A stretch of 24,535 nt of DNA from a virus (taxonomy: Duplodnaviria; Caudoviricetes). The stretch lies in IMG/VR virus record IMGVR_UViG_3300032335_000252, positions 1 through 24,535 of that record; one strand, written 5' to 3'. The position numbers and the translations under genes are program-made. Of the stretch, positions 1-8,329 are shown in pieces; within the stretch, counting starts at the first letter, position 1, and every line of letters starts with the position of its first letter. The notes below the pieces were generated by a model. It was not told the DNA's origin and made no database searches. It saw only the letters and a program-made list of their open reading frames with translations.

Positions 1-102
1 ATGGAAAGATTGAATAGACTTGACGGAGAGTTAAGTCATAATGGTGGTTCTTCTATGAAGGACGCTATTGATAGAATTGAAAAAAGTTTAGGGACAAAAT
101 GA
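1..102 (+). CDS. 3' end of a conserved actinophage small protein (probably truncated by the window edge)
   Basis: Frame 1 reads MERLNRLDGELSHNGGSSMKDAIDRIEKSLGTK*. The NGGSS..DAIDRIE motif is typical of small membrane-anchored actinophage proteins. The TGA overlaps the next ATG (ATGA). Confidence 0.65.
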   Translation: MERLNRLDGELSHNGGSSMKDAIDRIEKSLGTK

Positions 103-350
103 GTTTACATAGGGAACGTACACATCCTGATTATGTTGAAGGATGTTTTGGTTGTAAGGCATCTACTGTTGATTTAAATGCTGGTGAAGCATCTACAAGA
201 TTAACAATGTCATCAAAAAAGTGGGATAAAGAACTTGCGTTATATCGTCAGGCTAGGTCACAGGGTATTCAACCTGATACGACTAAGACTAAAGATATTC
301 GTAAGGCAATAGATATATCAAACAGAACAGGAAGAGCATACGGTGTCTAA
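99..350 (+). CDS. Hypothetical phage protein with His/Cys motif
   Basis: 83 aa ORF with H-x4-HP...CFGC, coupled to the upstream gene by an ATGA overlap. Confidence 0.75.
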   Translation: MSLHRERTHPDYVEGCFGCKASTVDLNAGEASTRLTMSSKKWDKELALYRQARSQGIQPDTTKTKDIRKAIDISNRTGRAYGV

Positions 351-471
351 CTATAAATCAAAAGGTGCAAAGAAAATGCACGAGAAAAAAGAATCTAAAA
401 AAGAAATGATGATGGAGTACGGTAAGAAAAAATCTATGTCCAAGATGAAGAAGATGGGCAAGAAAAAATAA
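343..471 (+). CDS. Small Lys/Met-rich basic protein (42 aa, not in ORF track)
   Basis: GTG at 343 gives MSNYKSKGAKKMHEKKESKKEMMMEYGKKKSMSKMKKMGKKK*. It fills the gap exactly and has a TAATG overlap with the next gene. Confidence 0.7.
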   Translation: MSNYKSKGAKKMHEKKESKKEMMMEYGKKKSMSKMKKMGKKK

Positions 472-632
472 TGAAGAAATCTAAAGGACAAAAGAAAGTC
501 GCTAAAGTTATGAAAGAATTTAAAGGCGGCAAACTTCATTCAGGTTCTAAAAAAGGACCAGTTGTTAAAAATAAAAAGCAAGCCGTTGCTATCGCTATGA
601 GCGAAGCAGGAATGAAAAGGAAGAAGAAATAA
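471..632 (+). CDS. Small basic protein, DUF6496-like (53 aa, not in ORF track)
   Basis: MKKSKGQKKVAKVMKEFKGGKLHSGSKKGPVVKNKKQAVAIAMSEAGMKRKKK*. The KVM.EFK.GKLHSG...KQA.AIA.SEA pattern is recognisable as DUF6496-like. Confidence 0.8.
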   Translation: MKKSKGQKKVAKVMKEFKGGKLHSGSKKGPVVKNKKQAVAIAMSEAGMKRKKK

Positions 633-633
633 T

Positions 634-771
634 ATGTGTACAACTTGTGGATGCAATTATCCTAACGTAAGCCATTCAATGGCTAATGCTAAAGGAAAAA
701 ATGAAACAGAATATATTAACCCTGTTCCATCAAGCATTGAAAAAGCAACACCTAAGCAACCTAAGAAGTAA
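634..771 (+). CDS. Small protein with N-terminal CxxCGC motif (45 aa, not in ORF track)
   Basis: MCTTCGCNYPNVSHSMANAKGKNETEYINPVPSSIEKATPKQPKK*. Gaps to the neighbouring genes are 1 and 2 nt. Confidence 0.7.
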   Translation: MCTTCGCNYPNVSHSMANAKGKNETEYINPVPSSIEKATPKQPKK

Positions 772-773
772 CT

Positions 774-1253
774 ATGGCTATTAAAGTTAAACAATCAACT
801 ATTGATGAAATTAAAAAGATGGGTATGACTAAGGCTCTTGCTGCTGCAAAGACTCGTCGTACTCCAGAATACCAAGAAGCAGTTAAGCGTATGTATGGTG
901 CTAAAAGATTAGCAAAGGCTACTGCTGGTGCTAAACCTTCTGCAGGAAAATCAATTCCTGCTGGTGGAGTTATGGGTTCTAAGAGGTCCAAAGTTATGGC
1001 TGGTCCTATTAAGTCTACACTTAAGAAAACTGCTGTTAAACGTAATGGTGCAGGTAAAGTTGTTAAAAGGCAAAGTTTTGCTGATTTAACTCCTGCTCAA
1101 CAAAAGGCTGTTACAGCAAAAATGAAGGCTGAACGTAATAAAACTTCACGCACTATTGGTAAAGTTGTTGGCATTGGTGCTGCACCGTTTGGTCCTGTTG
1201 GTGCTGCTGCAGCAATTTATGGTACAAGAGATTTTAGGAAGAAGAAGAAATAA
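774..1253 (+). CDS. Lys/Ala-rich basic protein (histone-like composition)
   Basis: 159 aa, strongly basic, ends RKKKK, TAATG overlap with the next gene. Confidence 0.75.
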   Translation: MAIKVKQSTIDEIKKMGMTKALAAAKTRRTPEYQEAVKRMYGAKRLAKATAGAKPSAGKSIPAGGVMGSKRSKVMAGPIKSTLKKTAVKRNGAGKVVKRQSFADLTPAQQKAVTAKMKAERNKTSRTIGKVVGIGAAPFGPVGAAAAIYGTRDFRKKKK

Positions 1254-1513
1254 TGAAAAAAGACTCACGCCTCACAAGGGCTGGAGTCGCTGGTTATAAT
1301 AAACCAAAGCGGACTCCTAGCCATCCTACTAAGTCACACGTTGTTGTGGCTAAGGTTGGTTCACAGGTTAAGACTATCCGCTTTGGTCAACAAGGTGTAA
1401 CTGGGGATAGACAACCAACTAAACGTCAAGCATCTTTTAAAGCACGTCACGCAAAGAATATTGCTAAAGGTAAGATGAGCGCAGCCTATTGGGCAGATAA
1501 GGTTAAGTGGTGA
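1253..1513 (+). CDS. Conserved basic phage protein
   Basis: 86 aa with KTIRFGQQG...SFKARH...SAAYWA..W, a pattern widespread in environmental phages. Function unknown. Confidence 0.8.
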   Translation: MKKDSRLTRAGVAGYNKPKRTPSHPTKSHVVVAKVGSQVKTIRFGQQGVTGDRQPTKRQASFKARHAKNIAKGKMSAAYWADKVKW

Positions 1514-1665
1514 AGAAACAATTTTGGGATAAGAAGAACCCTAAAAAAACTTCAAAGAAATTAACACCTGCACAAATTAAAAGTGCTAAGGCTCGTGCTA
1601 AGGCTGCAGGAAGAAAGTATCCAAACTTAGTTGACAATGCTGCTGTAGCAAGAAAGAAGAAATAA
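1510..1665 (+). CDS. Small basic protein (51 aa, not in ORF track)
   Basis: GTGA overlap start gives MKKQFWDKKNPKKTSKKLTPAQIKSAKARAKAAGRKYPNLVDNAAVARKKK*, with a TAATG overlap downstream. Confidence 0.75.
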   Translation: MKKQFWDKKNPKKTSKKLTPAQIKSAKARAKAAGRKYPNLVDNAAVARKKK

Positions 1666-2012
1666 TGTCAGGTAGATACAATATGGTCTGTGACCAAGGT
1701 TCTACTTTCAGTTTAGTTTTTACAATTAAAACTGATGGTACTGCCTGGAATTTAGTTGGCAACTATACAGCCAAAATGCAAGTTCGTTCTTTCCTTAACG
1801 CTGATACTGTTCTTATTGAATTGACCACTGCTAATAGTAGAATATCTTTCTCTGCAGGTGGTACTGTTACTTTGTCTTTAACTTCAACTGATACAACTGC
1901 TTTACCTGCTGGTCGTCATACTTATGATTTAGAATTAACTCAAACTTCTGGAACTGTTGTTACTAGAATCCTTGAAGGAAAGTTTGTTGTTAGAGGAGAG
2001 GTAACTCGCTAA
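1665..2012 (+). CDS. Ig-like / BppU-N-like virion structural protein
   Basis: 115 aa beta-rich protein (DQGSTF...YTAKMQVR...YDLEL...TRILEGKFVV) directly upstream of a tail fibre gene. Confidence 0.65.
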   Translation: MSGRYNMVCDQGSTFSLVFTIKTDGTAWNLVGNYTAKMQVRSFLNADTVLIELTTANSRISFSAGGTVTLSLTSTDTTALPAGRHTYDLELTQTSGTVVTRILEGKFVVRGEVTR

Positions 2013-3278
2013 ATGGCAACTGAGATTTTAATACAGGAAACTATTACTGAGGTTAGTGTTACTGACCCTAATAATATTCTTGTTGAGGTTGATGGTACAC
2101 AAGGACCTGTTGGTGCTTCTAATAGTTTAGCAATTGGTACTACAACTGTTTTAACCCCTAACCAAAATCCTACTTCAACTATTACTGGTACTTCACCTAG
2201 CCAAACTTTAAGTTTAGGTTTACCTAGGGCTGCAGCCGTAACTGTTAGTGGTACTACTGTTGTTAACCCTAATGTTAGTCCAAGTGTTGCAACTGTAGAT
2301 ACTTCTGGTGATAAGGCAGTAACTTTTAGTTTACCTCGTGCACCAACAACTACTATTGGTACAACTACTACTGGTAATGCTGGCACAAATGCTGCTGTTT
2401 CTAATACTGGAACTCTTGGTGATGTTCTTCTTAATTTTACAATTCCTAGAGGTGACAAAGGTGACACTGGGGATTTAACTAAAGCCCAAGCAGATTCATA
2501 TTATGTGGATGTTGCTGGCGATACTATGACTGGGTTTTTAACTTTACACGCTAACCCTACTGCTTCTTTACACGCTACTACTAAACAGTATGTTGATAAT
2601 CTTTCTGCTGGTATTAACTTTCACGCAGCCGTTCGTTTAGCAACTACTGCTAATTTAACTTCAACTTATAACAATGGTACTGCTGGTGTTGGTGCTACTT
2701 TAACTGCAACTGTTAATGATACTTTAACTATTGATGGTTTTGTCGCTGCTTTAAATGACCGTGTTTTAGTTAAGAACCAAACTAATAATGTTCAGAATGG
2801 TATTTACACTGTAACTAATGCTGGTTCTGGGGCTGCTCCTTGGGTTCTTACTAGAGCAACTGATGCTGATAATAGTCCTGCTGGTGAACTTGCTGAAGGC
2901 GATTTCTGTTTTGTTCAAACAGGTACTGCTAATGGTGGTTCTGGTTTTATTCTTATAACCACTGGAACTATAACAATTGGTACTACTGCTGTAACTTACA
3001 CACAGTTTAATACTGCTCAGGCTATTACTGCTGGTACAGGTTTAACTGAATCTCCTGCTAATACTTTAAGTGTTACTATTCCTGTTGCTAGCGTTTCTGG
3101 AAATAGTGGTAAATATTTAACAACTGATGGTACTGCTACTTCTTGGGCTGCTGTTGATGCTTTGCCATCACAATCAGGCAACAGTGGCAAGTACTTAACT
3201 ACTAATGGTACTGTTGCTTCTTGGGCAACAATCACCACTGACCCAACCCCTACCGTATTCCTATTAGGAGGAATGTAA
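2013..3278 (+). CDS. Tail fibre protein
   Basis: 421 aa Thr/Gly/Ala-rich, with short collagen-like stretches, AGDTMTG.L.L...HATTKQYVD, DRVLVKNQT...NGIY and SGNSGKYLTT repeats, all typical fibre modules. Confidence 0.8.
   Translation: MATEILIQETITEVSVTDPNNILVEVDGTQGPVGASNSLAIGTTTVLTPNQNPTSTITGTSPSQTLSLGLPRAAAVTVSGTTVVNPNVSPSVATVDTSGDKAVTFSLPRAPTTTIGTTTTGNAGTNAAVSNTGTLGDVLLNFTIPRGDKGDTGDLTKAQADSYYVDVAGDTMTGFLTLHANPTASLHATTKQYVDNLSAGINFHAAVRLATTANLTSTYNNGTAGVGATLTATVNDTLTIDGFVAALNDRVLVKNQTNNVQNGIYTVTNAGSGAAPWVLTRATDADNSPAGELAEGDFCFVQTGTANGGSGFILITTGTITIGTTAVTYTQFNTAQAITAGTGLTESPANTLSVTIPVASVSGNSGKYLTTDGTATSWAAVDALPSQSGNSGKYLTTNGTVASWATITTDPTPTVFLLGGM
2118..2450 (+). repeat. Three 37-aa (111-nt) degenerate repeats in the tail fibre
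   Basis: Units end LSLGLPR, VTFSLPR and LNFTIPR. The Pro codons at 2223, 2334 and 2445 are exactly 111 nt apart. Confidence 0.75.
3096..3227 (+). repeat. Two 26-aa (78-nt) tandem repeats
   Basis: SGNSGKYLTTDGTATSWA starts at 3096 and SGNSGKYLTTNGTVASWA at 3174. Confidence 0.9.
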
Positions 3279-3607
3279 TGCCTACAGTATATAAAGTCTT
3301 AGCGCAGTTAGCGCCGAGTGCTACAACAAATACAACTCTTTACACAGTTCCATCAGCAACAAGTGCTGTTATATCAACTATCACTGTGTGTAATCGTGGA
3401 ACATCTGCTGCTTCTTACCGTATAGCAGTTCGTCCTGCTGGTGCTGCTTTGGCTAACGAAGATTATCTTGCTTACGATGTTGCTATTGCTGCTAATGACA
3501 CTACTGCTTTAACTCTTGGTATTACTTTGGCTACAACTGATGTTATAACAGTTTATGCTTCTACAGCAAACTTTTCCTTTAACGTTTTCGGTTCAGAGAT
3601 TTCGTAA
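3278..3607 (+). CDS. Tail-fibre-associated structural protein
   Basis: 109 aa beta-rich (LYTVP...ISTITVCN...LGITL..TDVITVYAS...FG.EI) with a TAATG overlap with the fibre gene. Confidence 0.7.
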   Translation: MPTVYKVLAQLAPSATTNTTLYTVPSATSAVISTITVCNRGTSAASYRIAVRPAGAALANEDYLAYDVAIAANDTTALTLGITLATTDVITVYASTANFSFNVFGSEIS

Positions 3608-3609
3608 CT

Positions 3610-4545
3610 GTGGCTGTACAGTTTTTGTCTAAGTCTGAGTTTTCTCAAGATGGTGGTAAAAAGTATAACCAGTTTTGGGACCAAACAACTGTTTTAATAA
3701 CACCTTCTGTTGAATACCTTGTTGTCGCTGGTGGAGGTTCAGGCGGTGCTGGTAACGGTGGAGGTGGTGGTGCAGGAGGTTTACTAACTGGAACACTATC
3801 TGTTTCTGGTGGAACTTCTTACACTGTAACTGTTGGTAATGGTGGTGCTGCAAAAGGTTGGTCTGGTCCAGGAACTTCTGGTCAAGGCAACGTTGGTGCA
3901 AATTCTGTTTTCAGTTCTCTTACTGCCGTAGGTGGTGGAGGAGGCGGTAACTTCGGTGCTGGTGGAGGAAACCAAGGCTCTTCTGGTGGTTCTGGTGGAG
4001 GTGGTGGTGGTGCTGATGCTGGCAACCCTACTGGTCCAGGTGCTGCAGGAACTTCTGGTCAAGGTAACTCTGGTGGTAATGGTTCTGTAGAGAACACTAC
4101 TAACACTGGTGGTGGTGGAGGAGGAGCCAGCGCTGCTGGCGAAAGCGCTCCAACTAACAGAGGTGGTAATGGTGGTGCAGGTACTGCATCATCAATAACT
4201 GGAACTTCTACTTTCTACGCAGGTGGTGGAGGTGGTGGTGCAAGAGGAAACGAAGTTGGTGGAACTGGTGGTAGCGGTAGCGGTGGTGCTGGCGGTGGTA
4301 CTTCTGGAACTGATGGAGGTAACGGTGTAGCAGGTACTGCAAATACTGGTGGTGGTGGTGGAGGTGCAGGTAATGCTAACACTTCTGGTGCTGGTGGTAC
4401 TGGAGTAGTTGTTCTTGCTTACCCAAGCAATTATAATAATATAACAACCATAGGTGGCGGATTAACTTATACTCTTGATACAACAACTAGAGCAGGATAC
4501 AAAGTTTACCGATTCACTGCTGGGACTGGAACAATCACAATATGA
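3610..4545 (+). CDS. Glycine-rich domain protein (putative receptor-binding/adhesin)
   Basis: EYLVVAGGG.GG, FYAGGGGGG, GTANTGGGGGG and GAGGTGVVVLAY, the polyglycine-II bundle pattern. GTG start. Confidence 0.8.
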   Translation: MAVQFLSKSEFSQDGGKKYNQFWDQTTVLITPSVEYLVVAGGGSGGAGNGGGGGAGGLLTGTLSVSGGTSYTVTVGNGGAAKGWSGPGTSGQGNVGANSVFSSLTAVGGGGGGNFGAGGGNQGSSGGSGGGGGGADAGNPTGPGAAGTSGQGNSGGNGSVENTTNTGGGGGGASAAGESAPTNRGGNGGAGTASSITGTSTFYAGGGGGGARGNEVGGTGGSGSGGAGGGTSGTDGGNGVAGTANTGGGGGGAGNANTSGAGGTGVVVLAYPSNYNNITTIGGGLTYTLDTTTRAGYKVYRFTAGTGTITI

Positions 4546-5126
4546 TAAAAAGGTTTAGTGCTAGTTCTATTCGTAATGGGCAGAAGACTAATAAACTTTG
4601 GGACCAGTTTAGTTTTGAAGGTAACTTTGAATCTATTGCCACAACAACTCTTGGCTCAAATCAATCAACTGTAACTTTTAGTAGTATTCCCCAAACCTAT
4701 ACACATTTACACATTCGCAGTATTAATCGAATTACTGAAGCAAGCACAGATAGTAACATTTATATGACATTTAATTCTGACACTGCAACAAATTATTCTA
4801 ATCATTATTTGTATGGGTCAGGCACTGGTGCTGCTGCTGGTGCAAACGTAAATGACACTGTCACGATTCCATTTCGTTGTACTGGTGCTAATAGCGCTGC
4901 AAATATATTTGGTGCTGGAATTGTTGACATTTTAGATTACGCTAATACAAACAAATTTAAAACAATGCGTTCTTTAACAGGTCACGACCAAACTAATCCA
5001 GGTATTGTTTTTATGTTTTCAAGTAGTTGGCGTTCAACTGCAGCAATAACTTCAATTACATTTATTCCAAACAGTGGAAATATTGCACAAAATTCTACTT
5101 TTGCTTTGTATGGGATAAGAGCCTAA
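4542..5126 (+). CDS. Tail-associated beta-sandwich protein, paralogue 1
   Basis: ESIATTTL...VTFSSIPQTYTHL...STFALYGIRA, with an ATGA overlap start. Confidence 0.75.
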   Translation: MIKRFSASSIRNGQKTNKLWDQFSFEGNFESIATTTLGSNQSTVTFSSIPQTYTHLHIRSINRITEASTDSNIYMTFNSDTATNYSNHYLYGSGTGAAAGANVNDTVTIPFRCTGANSAANIFGAGIVDILDYANTNKFKTMRSLTGHDQTNPGIVFMFSSSWRSTAAITSITFIPNSGNIAQNSTFALYGIRA

Positions 5127-5611
5127 TGCCAGTAACTTATGACCCAATTGCAACGCAAACACTTTCATCATCAACATCGTTAGTTACTTTTGACTCTATT
5201 CCTCAAACATATACAGATTTAATTTTAATAACTGCTGGAACAGCAACAAGCCTTCAACAAATTTGTTTGCGTTTTAATAATGTAACAACAAATTATTCTT
5301 CAACAATACTTAGTGCAACTGGTTCAGCAACTACTTCAATTAGGTATTCAGGTTTAAGTTATATGTTTTTTGGGTATGATGCTTATTTTAATAGTAATCA
5401 AGCAAATGCTATTTCTCATATAATGAATTATTCTAACACAACAACTTTTAAAACAGTATTAGATAGAAGTAATAACGCATCTACTGGTACTGGTTTTTCT
5501 GCTGGTTTATCAAGAAGTACTTCTGCTGTGACAAGAGTTGATGTTATACCTAATGCTGGTTCTTGGGCTTCTGGAACATCTTTTACCCTTTATGGGATTA
5601 AGGCAGCATAA
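5126..5611 (+). CDS. Tail-associated beta-sandwich protein, paralogue 2 (start revised to 5126)
   Basis: TAATG overlap gives MPVTYDPIATQTL...VTFDSIPQTYTDL...SFTLYGIKAA. Confidence 0.75.
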   Translation: MPVTYDPIATQTLSSSTSLVTFDSIPQTYTDLILITAGTATSLQQICLRFNNVTTNYSSTILSATGSATTSIRYSGLSYMFFGYDAYFNSNQANAISHIMNYSNTTTFKTVLDRSNNASTGTGFSAGLSRSTSAVTRVDVIPNAGSWASGTSFTLYGIKAA

Positions 5612-6120
5612 TGGCTACATATGTAAAAATTCAAACTGTTACTGTTGGCGTAGGTGGAGCAAGCACAATAGATTTTACTTCTATTCCATCTACCTATACT
5701 GATTTACAAATACTTTGCTCACTGAAAACTAATTATTCAGGTGGTCAATGGAGTCAAGTTTCTTTAAGATTTAATGGGTCATCTACATCATATTCAATTA
5801 GAAATATATATGGAAATGGTTCTAGCGCTTCATCAGGAACTGATGTAACTACTACTGGTGGTTTTGCTACTACAGGTGGTACAGGTGGCACAAGTATTTT
5901 TGCTAGCAATTCTATTTATATCCCAAATTATACTTCTTCTAATTTTAAATCTTACTCTGTTGAAAGTGCGCCAGAAATGAACAATGCTTTAGCGTTAATG
6001 CAATTTGGCGCTGGTATTTGGAGTGATACTGCTGCAATAAATGCTGTTTCACTTGTTGATGTTAATGGTAGTTTTGTTCAACATTCTACAGCCACTCTTT
6101 ATGGTATAAAATCTAGTTAA
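5611..6120 (+). CDS. Tail-associated beta-sandwich protein, paralogue 3
   Basis: MATYVKIQTVTV...IDFTSIPSTYTDL...ATLYGIKSS, with a TAATG overlap. Confidence 0.75.
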   Translation: MATYVKIQTVTVGVGGASTIDFTSIPSTYTDLQILCSLKTNYSGGQWSQVSLRFNGSSTSYSIRNIYGNGSSASSGTDVTTTGGFATTGGTGGTSIFASNSIYIPNYTSSNFKSYSVESAPEMNNALALMQFGAGIWSDTAAINAVSLVDVNGSFVQHSTATLYGIKSS

Positions 6121-6131
6121 AAGGAAAACAA

Positions 6132-6353
6132 ATGACAAACCCAACAAAAATAGTAGTAGACTGCAGCACAGGTATCACAGAAGAAATAGAATTAACCAAT
6201 GCTGAAGTGGCACAAATGGAAGCAGACGCTGCAGCATACGCACGAGCCAAAGTAATAGCAGATGCTGAAGCAGCCGTTAAAGCAACAGAAAAAGCAGCAA
6301 TCTTGCAACGCCTAGGTTTAACAGAAGAAGAACTAAAAAAAGTTTTATCTTAA
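6132..6353 (+). CDS. Small helical protein, possible fibre assembly chaperone
   Basis: 73 aa with VDCSTG...ELT..E, an Ala-rich coiled segment and RLGLTEEE. SD-like AAGGA upstream. It follows the paralogue trio. Confidence 0.6.
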   Translation: MTNPTKIVVDCSTGITEEIELTNAEVAQMEADAAAYARAKVIADAEAAVKATEKAAILQRLGLTEEELKKVLS

Positions 6354-6374
6354 TCAAAACATATTGGGGACGAT

Positions 6375-7436
6375 ATGAAAATAGCAGTATACGCAATAGC
6401 ATTAAATGAAGAAAAGCACGTTCATCAATGGTTAGAAGCAACCAAAGATGCAGATATAAGACTTGTTGCTGATACAGGTTCAACAGATAGAACAGTTCAA
6501 TTATTACAAGGGGCACCAAATGTTATCGTTCATCAAATCAGTGTTCAACCGTTCAGGTTTGATGATGCGCGTAATGCTGCTCTTGCTTTGTTACCTGCTG
6601 ATGTTGATATGTGTCTTTCCCTTGATATGGATGAGATACCGCAAGATGGATTCTTTAATGTTATAAGAAAGAACTGGACACCTGATGTTAACCGTATTTG
6701 GGTTACTTGGGAAACAGGTTACAAATGGCAAAACAATAACCGTTTACATTCAAGACACGGTTATCGTTGGGTTAAACCTTGCCACGAGGTCACAGAATAC
6801 TATGGTGACTTCTTTGGTGGTGAAGAAAAAAGTATTACTTTAGATTTAACTGTTGTTCATAAACCTGATGATTCTAAATCAAGGTCACAGTATCTTCCTA
6901 TGTTGCAGATGGCTGTTGCTGAAACACCTAATGATGCTCGTATGTGGGCTTATTTGACTAGGGAATATTTCTTTCACGATAAGTGGAGGGAAACTATTGA
7001 GTCTGCTGAAGAAATGCTTAAAGCAGGTGGCTGGTATATAGAACGTGCAGCATCTTGTAGGGCTGCTGGTGAAGCATTTGTTCATCTTAAAAATAAAGAG
7101 ATGGCAAGGGATTGGTTTATTAAAGGTGTTAAAGAAGCAGCCGACCAACTTGAGGCTTGGTATTCTTTAGCACAGTTTAATTATGATATTAAAAATTGGC
7201 AAGGCTGTTGGGACTCAGCAATTAAAGTAGAAACTTTAACTAAAGAAAAACATTATCTTGTTAATGATGATGTTTGGAATTGGAAATGTTTTGATTTACT
7301 AGCCTTGTCTGGTTGGTATCTTGGTAAGAAAAAAGAAGCAATGGAATATGCAGTTAAAGCAATACAAGGAAACCCTAAAGAACAAAGATTAATAGATAAC
7401 TTAGAATGGATGCAAAAGAATAATGCCAACGTTTAA
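6375..7436 (+). CDS. Glycosyltransferase family 2 with C-terminal TPR-like repeats
   Basis: AIALNEE, DTGSTD.T, FDDARN.AL, LDMDE (DxD) and HE motifs, followed by a helical TPR-like C-terminus. Confidence 0.9.
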   Translation: MKIAVYAIALNEEKHVHQWLEATKDADIRLVADTGSTDRTVQLLQGAPNVIVHQISVQPFRFDDARNAALALLPADVDMCLSLDMDEIPQDGFFNVIRKNWTPDVNRIWVTWETGYKWQNNNRLHSRHGYRWVKPCHEVTEYYGDFFGGEEKSITLDLTVVHKPDDSKSRSQYLPMLQMAVAETPNDARMWAYLTREYFFHDKWRETIESAEEMLKAGGWYIERAASCRAAGEAFVHLKNKEMARDWFIKGVKEAADQLEAWYSLAQFNYDIKNWQGCWDSAIKVETLTKEKHYLVNDDVWNWKCFDLLALSGWYLGKKKEAMEYAVKAIQGNPKEQRLIDNLEWMQKNNANV

Positions 7437-8316
7437 AGAAATGGTTGACGAAGTAGCGTTAAACCTTCAAGGTTTTACTTTACGTCAAGATAGGTCAACG
7501 CACTTAACTGCTGCTGTTACCTCTACTGCTACTACTATGACTTTATCTTCAGCAGACAATGTTGCTAAAGGTATTATCCAAATTGATGATGAACTTATCT
7601 GGGTTGATTCTTACGATAAGAACACTGGTGTTGTAACCATTCCACCTTACGGTAGAGGTTACTTGGGAACAACTAAGTCTTCCCATACTTCTGGTACACA
7701 AGTTATTGTTAAGCCAACTTATCCTAGAAACAATATTAAGAAAGCAATTAACGATACTGTTCTTGCTGTTGGTGAAACTCTTTTCTCAACTGGAACATAC
7801 ACTTTCTCTTACACACCTGCAAGAATAACTTACTCTTTACCTGATGATGTTGAAAGAGTTTTGGCTGTTTCCTGGCAAGACATTGGTCCTACTGAAGAAT
7901 GGTTCCCTGTTCGTTCTTGGCGTATTGACCCTATGGCTAATACAACAGAATTTAATTCTAATATTTCTTTGTCTATCTATGACACTATTGTTCCTGGTAG
8001 AACAGTGCAAGTATTCTACACAACCAATCCTGATACTTTTGAAATAGACCAAGATGATTTTGAAGATGTTACTGGTCTTCCTTTATCTTGTAAAGATGTT
8101 ATTGTTTATGGTGCTGCTTACCGTATGGCTTCTATGATTGACCCAGGTCGTTTAACTCTTACTGCACCTGAAGCAGATATTCAATCTAACAAGATTCCTC
8201 TTAACGCTGGTACTAATGCTGCAAGATATTTGCTTGCTTTGTATACACAAAGACTTGATGAAGAGTCTAGAAAATTAAGAGACCGTTACCCAATTCGTGT
8301 CCACTACACAAGATAA
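7423..8316 (+). CDS. Head-tail adaptor / tail tubular protein A-like
   Basis: TFKEMVDEV..., IKKAIND, YSLPDDV..V and DVIVYGAAYR fit podovirus-type adaptor proteins. It lies in the structural block. Confidence 0.6.
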   Translation: MPTFKEMVDEVALNLQGFTLRQDRSTHLTAAVTSTATTMTLSSADNVAKGIIQIDDELIWVDSYDKNTGVVTIPPYGRGYLGTTKSSHTSGTQVIVKPTYPRNNIKKAINDTVLAVGETLFSTGTYTFSYTPARITYSLPDDVERVLAVSWQDIGPTEEWFPVRSWRIDPMANTTEFNSNISLSIYDTIVPGRTVQVFYTTNPDTFEIDQDDFEDVTGLPLSCKDVIVYGAAYRMASMIDPGRLTLTAPEADIQSNKIPLNAGTNAARYLLALYTQRLDEESRKLRDRYPIRVHYTR

Positions 8317-8329
8317 GGAAATAAACTAA

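Noticed and set aside
351-539. Phe-rich 62-aa ORF on the - strand
   Set aside because: It is the antisense shadow of the Lys-rich + strand micro-genes.
5027-5125. N-terminal extension of paralogue 2 in the ORF track
   Set aside because: It overlaps the previous gene. The TAATG-coupled ATG at 5126 aligns with the paralogue 3 start.
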